A stretch of DNA of 64,000 nt, from sequence record DRR723986_6657. One strand, written 5' to 3'. The position numbers were made by a program, and so were the translations under genes. The notes below the pieces were generated by a model that saw only the letters and a program-made list of their open reading frames with translations, did not search any database and had not been told where the DNA came from. This document shows positions 8,437 through 20,665 of the stretch, one piece after another (position 1 is the stretch's first letter; every line of letters starts with the position of its first letter).

Positions 8437-9875
8437 CCTGTAAACTGAAAGACCTGTTCCCTGGTGCGCCGAATGGCGACACCGTCATCACCGGGATGAC
8501 GGCGGACAGCCGTAACGTGAAACCGGGCTATCTGTTCGCGGCCCTGAAGGGCAGCGTCATGGACGGGCGCCGGTTCATCCCGGACGCGATCGAGAAGGGC
8601 GCCGTGGCGATCCTCTCCGGCGATGCGGCCGATGAGGTGTCCGTCACCCATATCGTCGATGACGAACCGCGCCGGGCGCTCGCGCTGGCCGCAAAGCGTT
8701 TCTACAATTCCCAGCCGGGCACCGTGGTGGCGGTCACCGGCACGAACGGCAAATCCTCGACCGTCGATTTCTGCCGCCAGATCTGGGCGCACGCTGGAAT
8801 CAAATCCGCTTCCATGGGCACGCTGGGCGCGATCGGTCCGGAGGGCCATATTGATGTTGGCCACACGACGCCGGATCCGGTGACCATTCACGAGACGCTC
8901 GCCGAACTGACCCGGCAGGGCGTCACTCATTGCGCGATGGAAGCCTCCAGCCACGGCCTGGAACAGCACCGCCTCGACGGGGTGGACCTTTCCGCCGTCG
9001 CCTTCCTGAACTTCACGCAGGACCATCTCGATTACCATTCGACGATGGAGGAATACCTCTCCGCCAAGCTGCGCCTGTTCCGTGAACTCGGGCGTCCGGG
9101 CCTGCCGGCCATCGTCAATGCCGACTCCGAACAGTGCAATGATTTCGAGGCTGCCGCGCTCGGCAAGCAGATGCCGATCGTGTCCTTCGGCTGGCGCGGG
9201 GAAGACCTCTGGATCGACGAGATCATGCCGCGCGCCACCGGGCAGATCCTGCACCTCTATTGGCGTGACGTGGAACAGAAGCCGCTGGAGCTGCCGCTGA
9301 TTGGTGAGTTCCAGGCGCTGAACGCGCTGGCCGCCGCTGCGATCTGCCTGTCGCTGGGTATGGCGTTCGATCAGGTCGCTGACGGCCTGACCCATCTGGA
9401 GCCGGTCAAAGGCCGGATGGAGTTCATCGGCAAGACCGAATCCGGGGCCGCTGTCTTCGTCGACTATGCGCACACGCCGGACGGTCTGGACGTGCTGCTG
9501 CGCGCCGTGCGCCCGCACACGGCCGGTGACCTGAAAGTCATCTTCGGTTGTGGCGGCGACCGCGACGCGCGCAAGCGTCCCCTCATGGGCGAGATCGCGG
9601 CGCGGCAGGCCGACGATGTGATCGTGACGGACGACAATCCGCGGACGGAAGACGCCGCTGAAATCCGCAAGCAGGTGCTTGTCGGCTGTCCGGACGCCCG
9701 CGAGATCGGCGACCGCGGCGAAGCCATCCGCACGGTCATCGCAGAGCTGAAAAAAGGCGACACGCTCGTCATCGCCGGCAAGGGCCATGAGACCGGTCAG
9801 ATCATCGGCAAGGAAGTCCATCCCTTCTCCGATCAGGACACAGCGCGTGAAGCGCTGGGAGCGGTGCGTGCATGA
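8433..9875 (+). CDS. murE: UDP-MurNAc-dipeptide--DAP ligase MurE
   Basis: TGTNGKSS, DYAHTPD, DDNPR (DAP specificity), AGKGHE. Confidence 0.96.
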   Translation: MTCKLKDLFPGAPNGDTVITGMTADSRNVKPGYLFAALKGSVMDGRRFIPDAIEKGAVAILSGDAADEVSVTHIVDDEPRRALALAAKRFYNSQPGTVVAVTGTNGKSSTVDFCRQIWAHAGIKSASMGTLGAIGPEGHIDVGHTTPDPVTIHETLAELTRQGVTHCAMEASSHGLEQHRLDGVDLSAVAFLNFTQDHLDYHSTMEEYLSAKLRLFRELGRPGLPAIVNADSEQCNDFEAAALGKQMPIVSFGWRGEDLWIDEIMPRATGQILHLYWRDVEQKPLELPLIGEFQALNALAAAAICLSLGMAFDQVADGLTHLEPVKGRMEFIGKTESGAAVFVDYAHTPDGLDVLLRAVRPHTAGDLKVIFGCGGDRDARKRPLMGEIAARQADDVIVTDDNPRTEDAAEIRKQVLVGCPDAREIGDRGEAIRTVIAELKKGDTLVIAGKGHETGQIIGKEVHPFSDQDTAREALGAVRA

Positions 9876-11308
9876 CGAAACCGCTCTGGACCTCCGACGA
9901 CATTACCCTTGCCACCGGCGGCATTGCGACTGCGCCCTTTACGGTGACCGGCACGGTGTCCATCGACACGCGGTCGCTGCAGCCGGGGGATCTGTTCGTT
10001 GCGCTGAAAGACCAGCGCGACGGCCATGACTTTGTCGAAGCGGCCTTCAAGGCGGGTGCTGCCGGGGCGCTTGTTTCCCGGAAGAAGGGGGACGGCCCCC
10101 AGGTCGTCGCCGAAGATACACTGACCGCGCTGGAACAGCTCGGCGTTGCCGCCCGGGCCCGCTGCGCTGCGCACCGCACCGCGATCACCGGCTCGGCCGG
10201 AAAGACCAGCGTCAAGGAAATGCTGGCGCGCATCTATCGCGCGCTCGGCCCGGCGCACTGGAGTACGAAGAGTTTCAACAATCACTGGGGCGTGCCGCTG
10301 ACGCTGGCCCGCATGCCGGAAGAGACCGAACGGGCCGTGTTCGAGATCGGCATGTCGACGCCCGGCGAGATCGCCCCGCGCAGCCGCATGGTCCGCCCGC
10401 ATACGGGGATCATCACCTGTATTGCCGGGGCGCACCTCGAAGGTCTCGGCAGCCTTGAAGCCATCGCGCGAGAGAAAGCCGATATTTTTGCGGGTCTTGA
10501 GGCAGGCGGCACCTTCATCCTTCCGGCAGACGACACCTTCTTCGAGTATCTCGCAGACCGGGCACGGTCGCTGTGCCCGACCGGGAACATGGAATCCTTC
10601 GGCCGCGGGCCGGATGCGACCGCTCGGGTCGTCGGCTATGAAACCGACGGTGTAACCAGCCGCATTCAGGTCGATGTGGTCGGCAAGCCTGTTCTGGTGA
10701 CGCTGGAAGCTGTCGGTGAACATTGGGCAATGAATGTCGCAGCCGCGCTGCTGGCAGCGACGCAAACCGGTGCAGCAGTCAATGACTGCGCCGAGGCCCT
10801 TTCGGGCTATGCTCCGCCCGCCGGACGCGGCACCGCCGAGCGCCTTGCCCTGCCCGGCGGCGGCAGCTTCCTGATGATCGATGACGCCTACAACGCCAAT
10901 CCGGGCTCCATGCGGGCAGCACTTTCCTCATTGAAACAACGCGGTGCAGGCCGCCGGCTGGTCGCGCTGGGTGAGATGCTGGAAATCGGCGATACGTCGG
11001 ATGCGGAACATGCAGGTCTTGCCGCACCGGTTGTGGAGACCGGTGCGGCGGGCGTGTTCCTGGCAGGGGACAAAATGACTCATCTGGCCGAGGCGCTGCC
11101 GACAGACCTGCAAAAGGTGTGGGCGCCAAAGGCCGACGAACTTTTTATTGCACTGGAAAATGCACTTCGGGATGGCGACGTGGTCTTGATCAAAGGCTCG
11201 AATGCATCCGGGATGGGGCGATTAGCAGACCGTTTGCGCCAATGGAGCGCAACGGCGGACATGGGCAAGATGGCAAGCGGCACAGAAGGTGCTGCAGGGG
11301 TTAGTTGA
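9872..11308 (+). CDS. murF: UDP-MurNAc-tripeptide--D-Ala-D-Ala ligase MurF
   Basis: [34 protein letters not shown]. Confidence 0.96.
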   Translation: MTKPLWTSDDITLATGGIATAPFTVTGTVSIDTRSLQPGDLFVALKDQRDGHDFVEAAFKAGAAGALVSRKKGDGPQVVAEDTLTALEQLGVAARARCAAHRTAITGSAGKTSVKEMLARIYRALGPAHWSTKSFNNHWGVPLTLARMPEETERAVFEIGMSTPGEIAPRSRMVRPHTGIITCIAGAHLEGLGSLEAIAREKADIFAGLEAGGTFILPADDTFFEYLADRARSLCPTGNMESFGRGPDATARVVGYETDGVTSRIQVDVVGKPVLVTLEAVGEHWAMNVAAALLAATQTGAAVNDCAEALSGYAPPAGRGTAERLALPGGGSFLMIDDAYNANPGSMRAALSSLKQRGAGRRLVALGEMLEIGDTSDAEHAGLAAPVVETGAAGVFLAGDKMTHLAEALPTDLQKVWAPKADELFIALENALRDGDVVLIKGSNASGMGRLADRLRQWSATADMGKMASGTEGAAGVS

Positions 11309-12501
11309 TGCTGTACGAATGGCTGGCCGCTGACAGCGGCGTCCTGAACGTTCTCAACTATATTACTTTCCGCACAGGCGCGGCCGTCGTGACGGCGTTC
11401 CTGGTGACGGTGCTGTTTGGCGACGCCATCATCAATTTCCTACGCGCTCGCCAGGGCAAGGGCCAGCCGATCCGCGACCTGTCGCTGGAACAGCAGCTGG
11501 AAAAGCGCGGTACACCGACCATGGGCGGCTTCCTGATCTGGCTTGGCCTGGTCGTCGGCGTCCTGCTCTGGGCGAACCTGCACAATCCTTACATCTGGGT
11601 CACCCTGTTCGTGACCCTGTCCTACGCAATCCTCGGCTTCCTCGATGACTATGCCAAGGTGACCAAGCAGACTGATGCCGGTGTTTCCGCCAAGGTGCGC
11701 TTGCTGGCCGGTTTCGGCATTGCCGCCGTGGCTTGTGCGTTCATCATGGGCCTGCATGGTGCACACACGCCCGAAGGCCATGCTGAATGGGGCGCGCTGA
11801 ACGGCCTGGCCGAGCAGATTGCCGCCTTCGCGCCGCAGACCAGCGTGACGCCTGCCGATCCGGATTTCTCCGGCGGCGTCGCCGTGCCGTTCGTCAATAA
11901 TTACTTCCTGCCGCTCGGCATGTTCTTCATCCTGTTCGGCATGATCGTCATCGTCGGCAGCGCCAATGCGGTGAACTTCACCGATGGCCTGGACGGCCTC
12001 GCCATCGTGCCGATGATGTTCGCAGCCGCATCCTATGCGATGATCGCCTACCTGACCGGTAACTTCGTCTTCGCGGAATATCTCGGCATCCAGTTCGCGC
12101 CGGGGGCAGGGGAGCTGGCCGTGCTGCTGGGTGCCATGATGGGCGCCGGCATGGGGTTCCTCTGGTACAATGCCTATCCGGCGAAAGTCTTCATGGGCGA
12201 CACCGGCTCGCTCGGCCTCGGCGGCATGCTGGGCGTCGTTGCCGTGGCGACCAAGCATGAGTTCGCGCTCGTCGTGATCGGCGGCCTGTTCGTGATCGAA
12301 GCGCTGTCCGTGATCATGCAGGTCAGCTGGTTCAAGCTGACCCGCCGCCTGACCGGTGAAGGCAAGCGCATCTTCCTGATGGCGCCGCTGCACCACCATT
12401 TCCAGAAGCAGAACTGGCCGGAGACCCGGGTCGTCGTCCGCTTCTGGATCCTGTCCGTCTTGTTCGCCCTTGCGGGCCTTGCAACCCTGAAGCTGAGGTG
12501 A
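11308..12501 (+). CDS. mraY: Phospho-MurNAc-pentapeptide transferase MraY
   Basis: [40 protein letters not shown]. Confidence 0.97.
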   Translation: MLYEWLAADSGVLNVLNYITFRTGAAVVTAFLVTVLFGDAIINFLRARQGKGQPIRDLSLEQQLEKRGTPTMGGFLIWLGLVVGVLLWANLHNPYIWVTLFVTLSYAILGFLDDYAKVTKQTDAGVSAKVRLLAGFGIAAVACAFIMGLHGAHTPEGHAEWGALNGLAEQIAAFAPQTSVTPADPDFSGGVAVPFVNNYFLPLGMFFILFGMIVIVGSANAVNFTDGLDGLAIVPMMFAAASYAMIAYLTGNFVFAEYLGIQFAPGAGELAVLLGAMMGAGMGFLWYNAYPAKVFMGDTGSLGLGGMLGVVAVATKHEFALVVIGGLFVIEALSVIMQVSWFKLTRRLTGEGKRIFLMAPLHHHFQKQNWPETRVVVRFWILSVLFALAGLATLKLR

Positions 12502-12511
12502 GCGAGCGCGC

Positions 12512-13927
12512 ATGATACCGATCACGGAATATGCAGGAAGGGATGTTGCGGTGTTCGGCCTTGGCCGCACCGGCCTTTCCGCTGCCAAGGCCCTGAAGGC
12601 CGGCGGCGCGCGTGTTCATGCGTGGGATGACAATGAAGACACCCGCCGCAAGGCGGAAGCCGCGGGCCTGACCTTGTCCGACATCAACAAGCGCGACTGG
12701 CAGACCTTTGCCGCGCTCGTCCTGTCGCCAGGTATTCCCTACAAGTTCCCGCAGCCGCACCGCATCGTGCGCATGGCAGAAATGACCGGTGTGCCGATCG
12801 TCGGCGACATGGAACTCTTTGCCCGCGCCGTGCAGAGCCTGCCGGAACGCGGCCGCCCGAAAATTGTCGGCATCACCGGCACGAACGGCAAGTCGACGAC
12901 GACGGCGCTGATCGGGCATATCCTGAAACAGGCCGGCCGCGACGCGCGGATCGGCGGGAACATCGGAACCGGCGTGCTGGACCTGGCGGCCCTGCATGCC
13001 AATGCGATCTATGTACTGGAGCTCAGCTCCTACCAGCTGGACCTGGTGAAGAGCCTGCACTGCAATGTGGCTGTCCTCCTGAATATCAGCCCGGATCATC
13101 TGGATCGCCATGGCGGCATGGAAGGCTATCAGGCTGCCAAGATGCGCATCTTCCAGAACCAGACCGAGCGGGACACTACTGTGGTCGGATTCGATGATGT
13201 GATCACCCAATCCATTGCCATCGGCCTCGCGGCGCGCGGGCCCGCCCGTGTGGTGCAGGTTTCATCCAGCTACGCGCTGGGTCGTGGTGTAAGCGCCGTG
13301 GACGGACGGCTCTACGATTCCAATAGCGGTAATGCCATCTTCGTCGGAAACCTCGCCGAATGCGCCGCACTGCCGGGCAAGCACAATCACCAGAACGCCG
13401 TCGCGGCCTATGCCGCCTGCCGCGCCCTGGGCCTTGATCCGCAGACCATCATGGAAGGCCTCAGAACCTTCCCGGGCCTCGCGCATCGCATGGAGCGTGT
13501 GGCCGAGATCGAAGGTGTCCGCTTCATCAATGACTCCAAGGCCACGAACGCGCAGGCCGCCGAGCAGGCACTTAAGTCTTACGACAATATTTACTGGATT
13601 GCCGGCGGCGTGCCCAAAGCTGACGGCATCGGCCCGCTGACGCCTTACTTCCCGCGTATCAACAAGGCCTATCTGATCGGCGAGGCGGAAGAGGCATTTG
13701 CCGCCACTTTAAAGGGCAAAGTACCGACCCAAGGCTGCGGAACCCTTGAAAATGCAGTTCAGGCTGCCTTCCGCGACGCCAGAAACGCCGGAATCGACCA
13801 TCCGGTCATTCTTCTTTCACCAGCCTGTGCGAGCTTTGACCAGTTCCGCGATTTTGAGCACCGGGGCGATACGTTCCGGTCGATCGTGGAGGCGATGATG
13901 CCCACAGAGCTGAGGGAATTGGCTTGA
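12512..13927 (+). CDS. murD: UDP-MurNAc-L-Ala--D-Glu ligase MurD
   Basis: GLGRTG, TGTNGKSTT, ELSSYQL, NDSKATN, SPACASFDQF. Confidence 0.96.
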   Translation: MIPITEYAGRDVAVFGLGRTGLSAAKALKAGGARVHAWDDNEDTRRKAEAAGLTLSDINKRDWQTFAALVLSPGIPYKFPQPHRIVRMAEMTGVPIVGDMELFARAVQSLPERGRPKIVGITGTNGKSTTTALIGHILKQAGRDARIGGNIGTGVLDLAALHANAIYVLELSSYQLDLVKSLHCNVAVLLNISPDHLDRHGGMEGYQAAKMRIFQNQTERDTTVVGFDDVITQSIAIGLAARGPARVVQVSSSYALGRGVSAVDGRLYDSNSGNAIFVGNLAECAALPGKHNHQNAVAAYAACRALGLDPQTIMEGLRTFPGLAHRMERVAEIEGVRFINDSKATNAQAAEQALKSYDNIYWIAGGVPKADGIGPLTPYFPRINKAYLIGEAEEAFAATLKGKVPTQGCGTLENAVQAAFRDARNAGIDHPVILLSPACASFDQFRDFEHRGDTFRSIVEAMMPTELRELA

Positions 13928-15078
13928 GCTACACGGCCACAGCGCCATTTCTTGCCCGGTCAGACACGTCCTGGTTCATGGAATGGCGGCGAACAGTAGA
14001 TTGGGGCCTGCTTGCAGGGGCCTTTTTCCTGATGGCGATCGGCCTTCTGATGTCGCTCGCGGCTGGCCCGAGCGCGGCGGCACGCATCGGCTACGACAAC
14101 CCCTATTTCTTCCCCATGCGTCAGTCGCTGTTTGCGGCAGCGGGGGTGATCCTGCTGATCGGCACCAGCATGCTGGACCGGGCCTGGGCGCGGCGCTTTG
14201 CGGCGGTGTTGCTGCTCGGCTGTATCGGTCTGATGGTCTACATACTTGTCGGTGGCGGACATGAGGCGAAGGGCGCGCATCGCTGGATCCGGGTCGCCGG
14301 GTTCTCGCTTCAGCCGTCCGAAGCGGCAAAGCCTGCGCTGATCGTCATGTCCGGCTGGCTGCTGGCGCAGCGCGAACTCTATCCGAACCGGATCTGGGAA
14401 ACCGTGGCGTTCATCTTTTTCGCGGTCACGGTCGGCCTGTTCCTGCTGCAGCCGGATGTCGGCCAGTCCTTCCTGCTGACCGTTGCCTTTATCGTTACGT
14501 TCTTTGTCAGCGGCCTGCCCTGGCGCTGGGGCGCGGCCTTCGCTGGCGGCGGTGTCGCGCTGGGCGGCTTGCTCTACGCGCTGCTGCCGCACGTGCGTGA
14601 CCGGATCCGCGGCTTTGCCAATGTCCAGCATGGCGACCATTCTCAGATCGACCGCGCGGCCGAAGCCATTGGGCGCGGCGGCCTGTTCGGCGTCGGCCCG
14701 GGGGAGGGACTGGTCAAGGCGCACCTGCCTGATGCGCATACGGACTTTATCTTCGCGGTCATGGCCGAGGAGTTCGGCCTTGTCGCAGCGATCGTGCTGC
14801 TGGCGGCTTTCGCGCTCATGCTCCTGCGCGGCTTCCGGGCTTCGGCACGGGTGGAAGATGGTTATGCCCGGGCGGCAAGTGCCGGACTTTTCACGCTTTT
14901 CGGTCTTCAGGCTGCCATAAACCTGGCGGTAAATCTGGCCCTGATCCCGCCGAAAGGGATGACCCTGCCATTTGTCTCCTATGGTGGTTCGTCCATGCTC
15001 GGTACGGCATTGACTCTGGGCCTTGCGCTGGCACTTGTGCGCGGACAAGGTACGCGCACAAGGGGCCGGTATGGCTGA
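13924..15078 (+). CDS. ftsW: SEDS peptidoglycan polymerase FtsW
   Basis: [40 protein letters not shown] start. Confidence 0.95.
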   Translation: MSYTATAPFLARSDTSWFMEWRRTVDWGLLAGAFFLMAIGLLMSLAAGPSAAARIGYDNPYFFPMRQSLFAAAGVILLIGTSMLDRAWARRFAAVLLLGCIGLMVYILVGGGHEAKGAHRWIRVAGFSLQPSEAAKPALIVMSGWLLAQRELYPNRIWETVAFIFFAVTVGLFLLQPDVGQSFLLTVAFIVTFFVSGLPWRWGAAFAGGGVALGGLLYALLPHVRDRIRGFANVQHGDHSQIDRAAEAIGRGGLFGVGPGEGLVKAHLPDAHTDFIFAVMAEEFGLVAAIVLLAAFALMLLRGFRASARVEDGYARAASAGLFTLFGLQAAINLAVNLALIPPKGMTLPFVSYGGSSMLGTALTLGLALALVRGQGTRTRGRYG

Positions 15079-16183
15079 CGAAACGAACGGAAAACTGGGC
15101 GAAAAACTGGTCATCATCGCTGCAGGCGGTACCGGCGGGCACATGTTCCCGGCGCGCGCCTTTGCCGACGAGATGCGCAAGCGCGGCTGGCGCGTCGGCC
15201 TGATCTCCGACAGCCGCGGTCTCCATTATGCCAGCGATTTCCCGGCGGAATGGAAGGAAGAGGTGTTCGCCGCGTCCCCGAACTTCCGCAAGCCATGGAC
15301 CCTGCCGGGCGCTTTCCTGAAGATCCAGGCGGGCATCGGCATGGCCAAACGCATCATGAAGGAAAAGAAGCCCGCATTGGTGGCTGGTTTCGGGGGCTAT
15401 CCGGCGTTTCCGGCGCTGGCGGCGGCGAAGGCGCGGAAAGTGCCGATCCTGATTCACGAACAGAATTCCGTCCTGGGCCGTGTGAACCGCAACATGGCGC
15501 CGAATGCGCGTGTCATCGCCAGCGGGTTCGACCGGCTGGACCGGCTGCCCAAGGGCAAGCCGCACAAGGCGGTCGGCAATCCCGTCCGGGCGTCGATCCT
15601 TGCCGTAAGGGACCAGCCCTATCCGTCCACAGAAGACAAGCTGACCATTCTTGTCACTGGCGGTAGCCAGGGGTCGCAGATCATCGGCGAGAGTGTTCCG
15701 CTGGCAATCGCGAACCATATTCCGGCACCGTTGCGGGCCCGCCTGAAAGTGATCCAGCAGGTGCGCGTCGAACAGCTGGAGAAGGTGAAAGACATCTACG
15801 ACAAGGTCATGGTCGAGGCCGAGCTTGCGCCATTCTTTTCCGACATGCCGGAGAAACTTACGGCCGCCCATCTTGTCATCGCGCGCAGCGGGGCGGGGAC
15901 GGTGAGCGAACTCGCCGCTGTCGGCCGCCCTTCAATCCTCATCCCGCTGGCCATCGCGATGGACGACCATCAGGCCGCCAATGCCGAAGCCCTGACGGAT
16001 GTGGGCGCCGCTGACATGATCCTCGAGGCGAACCTTTATCCTGCATTGCTGGGTGAGCTGATTGCGGTACGCCTGTCCGATGTGGACGAACTGAAACAAC
16101 GCGCAGAAGCGGCGAAGCAGTCTGCCAAGGTGGACGCAGCGGGTGATCTCGCCGATCTCGCCGAAGCCGTGGCCCTGCACTGA
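15071..16183 (+). CDS. murG: Lipid II GlcNAc transferase MurG
   Basis: [34 protein letters not shown]. Start assigned to ATG 15071. Confidence 0.96.
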   Translation: MADETNGKLGEKLVIIAAGGTGGHMFPARAFADEMRKRGWRVGLISDSRGLHYASDFPAEWKEEVFAASPNFRKPWTLPGAFLKIQAGIGMAKRIMKEKKPALVAGFGGYPAFPALAAAKARKVPILIHEQNSVLGRVNRNMAPNARVIASGFDRLDRLPKGKPHKAVGNPVRASILAVRDQPYPSTEDKLTILVTGGSQGSQIIGESVPLAIANHIPAPLRARLKVIQQVRVEQLEKVKDIYDKVMVEAELAPFFSDMPEKLTAAHLVIARSGAGTVSELAAVGRPSILIPLAIAMDDHQAANAEALTDVGAADMILEANLYPALLGELIAVRLSDVDELKQRAEAAKQSAKVDAAGDLADLAEAVALH

Positions 16184-16247
16184 GGTCTCGACCGGCACCC
16201 CGACTTGGCGCAGCATGACACACACCAGACTTCGGAGACCTTAGAAC

Positions 16248-17678
16248 ATGGCTTCCCCCACACCTTTTGATCTTGGCCCGGCTCATATTGTCGGCATCGG
16301 CGGTATCGGCATGTCCGGCATTGCCGATGTGATGATCACGATGGGTTATGATGTGCAGGGGTCCGACATCAGGGATTCCGACAATATTGAGCGCCTGCGC
16401 CAGCGCGGCGCGCAAGTGTTCATCGGGCATAATGCCGAGAACGTCAAAGGCGCCGGAACGGTGATCATTTCTTCGGCCATCAAGGGGGACAATCCGGAAG
16501 TCGCTGCCGCCCGCGCCGCCGGCATTCCGGTGGTGCGCCGGGCGAACATGCTGGCCGAGATCACCCGCCTCAAATACACGGTTTGCGTGGCGGGTACCCA
16601 TGGCAAGACGACGACGACGTCCATGGTGGCGGCCCTGCTGGACGGGTCCGGGATCGACCCGACCGTCATCAATGGCGGCATCATTCACGCCTATGGCTCG
16701 AACTACAAGGCCGGTGAAAGCGACTGGATGGTCGTGGAAAGTGACGAGAGCGATGGCACCTTTGCCAAGCTGCATCCGACCTGCGCGATCGTCACCAATA
16801 TCGACCCGGAGCATATGGACCATTACGGATCCATGGAGAAACTTCGCGAGGCATTCGATACCTTCGTCGAAAACCTTCCTTTCTACGGTTTTGCCGTTCT
16901 GTGTACCGACCACCCGGAAGTGCAGGCGCTGGCCGCACGGGTAACCGACCGTCGCCGTATCACCTATGGCTTCAACCGGCAGGCTGACATTCGCGCCGTG
17001 AATCTTGAGACAGACCTGGCCGGCGCGCACTTTGATGTCGCTCTGCGACGCCCCGGATCGGCCATGCCGCGCATGATCGAAGGTCTGACCCTGCCCATGG
17101 CGGGGGAGCACAATGTGCAGAATTCCCTCGCGGCCATCGCCGTCGCACTGGAGCTTGGTGCAAATGACGAGCAGATCCGGAACGCCCTGATCAGTTTCGG
17201 CGGCGTCAAGCGCCGGTTTACATCGGTAGGGGAGTGGACCCCGGTTGCGGGCGAAGCGCCGGTCCGCATCATCGACGACTACGGCCACCATCCGGTGGAG
17301 ATCACCGCCGTGCTGAAAGCCGCCCGGGCCATGCAGGGGCAGGGGCAAATCATCGCCGTGTGCCAGCCGCACCGTTACACGCGCCTGCGGGACCTGTTCG
17401 AAGAATTCTCACGATGTTTTGACCAGGCGGACGAAGTGCTTGTCGCGCCAGTCTATGAGGCGGGCGAAAGCCCGATCGAAGGCTATGATGCAGAATCGCT
17501 CGTCGCATCCATCCGGCGGCATGGCCACCGGTCGGTGTCACTGCTGGATTCGCTGGAAGATTTGCCCGGTGTGATCCGGTCGCAAGCAGGGCCCGGCACT
17601 ATGGTCGTTTGCCTCGGTGCAGGCGACATTACCCGCTATGCCGGTGACCTCGCCTCCAAGCTGGAAACCTTAAGCTGA
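16248..17678 (+). CDS. murC: UDP-MurNAc--L-Ala ligase MurC
   Basis: [39 protein letters not shown]. Confidence 0.97.
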   Translation: MASPTPFDLGPAHIVGIGGIGMSGIADVMITMGYDVQGSDIRDSDNIERLRQRGAQVFIGHNAENVKGAGTVIISSAIKGDNPEVAAARAAGIPVVRRANMLAEITRLKYTVCVAGTHGKTTTTSMVAALLDGSGIDPTVINGGIIHAYGSNYKAGESDWMVVESDESDGTFAKLHPTCAIVTNIDPEHMDHYGSMEKLREAFDTFVENLPFYGFAVLCTDHPEVQALAARVTDRRRITYGFNRQADIRAVNLETDLAGAHFDVALRRPGSAMPRMIEGLTLPMAGEHNVQNSLAAIAVALELGANDEQIRNALISFGGVKRRFTSVGEWTPVAGEAPVRIIDDYGHHPVEITAVLKAARAMQGQGQIIAVCQPHRYTRLRDLFEEFSRCFDQADEVLVAPVYEAGESPIEGYDAESLVASIRRHGHRSVSLLDSLEDLPGVIRSQAGPGTMVVCLGAGDITRYAGDLASKLETLS

Positions 17679-17786
17679 CCTCGCGGCAGGTGGCGCAGAC
17701 GGACACTTCCCCTTTGCCTTGCAATGTCGCAGGCTGGACAAATCCGCCCGGCAAGAGGCGGCTATTGGCCAAGGGAGTGAGCACAA

Positions 17787-19280
17787 ATGAGCGACACGCA
17801 GGTTGTCGGGCCAGCGCTGGCCGTGCCCGAAACCGAGACAGAGCGCGCTAACGGCGGGCCGTTCGGGATCAAGGGACTGGCCTGGGCGATCTTCGAAGGC
17901 GCGCGCAATCCCTATTACAACCTGATCGTCATTTATGTTTTTGCGCCCTATTTCGCAAAAGAGATGGCCGGGGGCGGGGAGCATGGTCTCAGCCTTTCCG
18001 GCCTGACGGTTACGATTGCCGGCATCGCAACAGCCCTGACGGCGCCATTCCTGGGAGTGATTGCCGACAAGGCGGGCCGGCGGAAGCCGCCGATCGCCTT
18101 CTTCATGGCGCTCATGTTCATCTGCTCGTTCAGCCTGTGGTGGGCGCGCCCGGAAGGCCCGCTGACCATGTGGCCGACCATGGCCGTCCTCGCGGTGGCC
18201 TATTGCTGCTACGGCTACTCGGAAGTTCTGCACAACGCGATGCTGCCGAATGCGGGCCGGCCAAGCGCCTTGCCCTATATCTCCGGCCTGGGCCTTTCGC
18301 TAGGCAACATTCTGAGCGTCGGGATTCTTATCTTCTTCCTGTTCGGCCTGTTGCTGCCCGGATCGGGATTGCCATTTGCACCGGCAGAACAGGTGATCAA
18401 GCTGGACCGGGAGACCTTTGCACCGGAGAGGTTCGCCGGGCCGTTTGTCGCGGTCTGGATGGCGGTGCTGCTGATCCCGTTCTTCATCTTCATGCCGGAC
18501 GGTATCAAAGGCGGCCAGAGCACGACATGGAAACAGGCAGCGGCGGATGTGTTCCGCGGTGAAGACCGCCATTCCGGGAATGCACAGAACCTGATTGAGC
18601 GCGCGAAGGTACTGTTTGGATACCTGAAAGGCCTGTTCAAGGAGCACCCGCAAACCATGCGGTTCCTGATCGCCCGCACCATCTATGCCGATGCCATGTC
18701 TGCGCTGCTGACGCTTGGCGCGGTCTATGCCGGCACTTTCCTTGGCTGGAGCGGTGTCGAAATCCTGTTCTTTGGCATCACGGGCGTTCTGTTCGGGGCC
18801 GTCGGCGGCTTTGTGGGCGGTTATCTGGACCGCCTTCTTGGACCGAAGCTCGCCCTGGTCTGGGAGATTTCAGCGCTGGTGACCCTGCTGCTCGCGCAGC
18901 TCTCGATCACGCCGGACGCGCTGTTCTTCGGCTTGCTGCCGGCCAACACGCCCATCTGGGACAGCCCGTTCTTCAGCACGCTTTCTGACATCACCTATTT
19001 CCTGTTCGTGATCCCGGTCGCAATCGCCGTGGTCGCGTCGATTTCCTCCAGCCGGTACATGCTGGTGCATATCGCCCCGCGTGACCGGATCGGAGAATTC
19101 TTCGGCCTCTATGCTATCGCCGGCACGGTGACGGTGTGGATGGGCCCCGGCATTGTCAGCCTGCTCACCTGGGTGACTGGCAATCAGCGGATCGGCATGG
19201 GCGGTATCGGCTTCATGTTCCTGGCCGGATTGATCATCCTCTGGAAAGTCCACGCGCCGAAGCGTGGTTTCGAAGACTGA
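17787..19280 (+). CDS. MFS transporter (UMF1/Atg22-like)
   Basis: 497 aa polytopic protein with APFLGVIADKAG and GEFFGLYA. Confidence 0.82.
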   Translation: MSDTQVVGPALAVPETETERANGGPFGIKGLAWAIFEGARNPYYNLIVIYVFAPYFAKEMAGGGEHGLSLSGLTVTIAGIATALTAPFLGVIADKAGRRKPPIAFFMALMFICSFSLWWARPEGPLTMWPTMAVLAVAYCCYGYSEVLHNAMLPNAGRPSALPYISGLGLSLGNILSVGILIFFLFGLLLPGSGLPFAPAEQVIKLDRETFAPERFAGPFVAVWMAVLLIPFFIFMPDGIKGGQSTTWKQAAADVFRGEDRHSGNAQNLIERAKVLFGYLKGLFKEHPQTMRFLIARTIYADAMSALLTLGAVYAGTFLGWSGVEILFFGITGVLFGAVGGFVGGYLDRLLGPKLALVWEISALVTLLLAQLSITPDALFFGLLPANTPIWDSPFFSTLSDITYFLFVIPVAIAVVASISSSRYMLVHIAPRDRIGEFFGLYAIAGTVTVWMGPGIVSLLTWVTGNQRIGMGGIGFMFLAGLIILWKVHAPKRGFED

Positions 19281-19289
19281 TCCCATAAA

Positions 19290-19321
19290 GGAAGGCCGGC
19301 CTCCTGAGAGACCGGCCTTCC
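19290..19321. terminator. Hairpin between convergent genes, probable terminator
   Basis: GGAAGGCCGG...CCGGCCTTCC inverted repeat. Confidence 0.55.
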
Positions 19322-19349
19322 GGTAAATGCTCCTGGGAGAGGAGTTGGA

Positions 19350-19961
19350 TCAGCTGGTGGGGCCGAACGGGTTGGTACCTGAACTGGACGATGTGACGCG
19401 GGCGATTTCAGAAACGCGCCGCGGACGCAGGTAGAATTTATCGCTGATCGTCTTCGAGGTCGAAATGATGTAACCGATTTCACTTTCATACGAATAGTTG
19501 ACTTCGGCCATGATGATTGAGCCGGGGGAGGGCATGATCCCGGCAGGAATGGTCACCGTCGCGCCTTTCGAATACGGCGTCATGTTGTGAGCATCTGACC
19601 AGGCCACTTTCGGATTGCCGTCGCCATTGTCGACAATACTTGAGATACGCATCTCGGCCGCGGTCGCGTCATACGGCTCCATCAGAACTTTTGCCGCTGC
19701 GAACATCTCCGCCATGTCGGAATCCGTCACGGTCGAAAGGCGGGCGGTCAGGTCACCAAGGCTGGCGCTGGTCTGGGTGACCCGGCGGTCGGCTTCCATC
19801 AGGAAATTGAGCTCGATGGCGCCGAGATATAGCATGATCAGCAGCGGCGAGATCAGAGCGAACTCGACCGCGGAAATGCCCCGCTCATTATAGCGAAGGC
19901 CTCGGATGCCGCGCCATTTCAGACGAGGATTGAGCCGTGAAAGAAGCTTACGTTTGGCCAT
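19350..19961 (-). CDS. TadE/TadG-family pseudopilin
   Basis: ERG^ISAVEFAL prepilin-type motif; C-terminal YLRPR. Confidence 0.85.
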   Translation of the reverse strand: MAKRKLLSRLNPRLKWRGIRGLRYNERGISAVEFALISPLLIMLYLGAIELNFLMEADRRVTQTSASLGDLTARLSTVTDSDMAEMFAAAKVLMEPYDATAAEMRISSIVDNGDGNPKVAWSDAHNMTPYSKGATVTIPAGIMPSPGSIIMAEVNYSYESEIGYIISTSKTISDKFYLRPRRVSEIARVTSSSSGTNPFGPTS

Positions 19962-19964
19962 GGA

Positions 19965-20525
19965 TCAATCTCCGAATGGCTCGTTGCGGAAGACGGTGGT
20001 GGCCGAAATAAGGTGCTTGCCATTGGCCATGTTTGCGAGGGGGGCAGACAGGATCGGCGTCACCAGACCCCACTCATAATAGACACGCACAGCCACGATT
20101 TCGTTGGCACCGCCTGGCTGGAAGTCAAAGTCGCTGTCATCGAAATTGCCATCCGAATCGAGGGGGGATGCCAAATTGGCAGCGCTGAAGCTGGTTAGCC
20201 GTTTGACGTCGATGTGCAGGCTCGCATCGCATCCCATCAGGCCGAACATCTCGTCACAGACGGAGTTCTGGAATTCGACTTTGGAAAACCCGGCTTCTTG
20301 CGCCTGGCCGGTCCGGATCTCACGCGAGGCGTCCGACACGGCATGTTCCAGTACGGTCGACATGATGAAGATCAGGCAGATCTCCATCAGGCCGAAAATG
20401 ATGAAAAAGAAAGGCGCAGCGATCAGGGCGAATTCAACCGCCGTCTGGCCACGGCGTTCAGTCGCCCACTCTGCCAGCTTGCGCTGCAGTCTGGATGTCA
20501 GAAATCCCGCATTCGGCGAACGCAT
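19965..20525 (-). CDS. tadE: TadE-family pseudopilin
   Basis: RRG^QTAVEFALIAAPFF; ends in VFRNEPF. Confidence 0.87.
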   Translation of the reverse strand: MRSPNAGFLTSRLQRKLAEWATERRGQTAVEFALIAAPFFFIIFGLMEICLIFIMSTVLEHAVSDASREIRTGQAQEAGFSKVEFQNSVCDEMFGLMGCDASLHIDVKRLTSFSAANLASPLDSDGNFDDSDFDFQPGGANEIVAVRVYYEWGLVTPILSAPLANMANGKHLISATTVFRNEPFGD

Positions 20526-20665
20526 CCCAAACCCCTCTCTCAGAGTCGCTCAATCTTCTGGTTATCAGATCTGGGTTTGCGGCCCGTTTCAGAGATTGAA
20601 CAAATTTCAAGGAATTTCCGACGTAAAGCCGCAGATGATTGTGGCGAACCGGATAATGGCCCAGA

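Noticed and set aside
6541-17372. Multiple 300-530 aa antisense ORFs over the dcw genes
   Set aside because: Shadow frames produced by GC-biased codon usage of genuine plus-strand genes.
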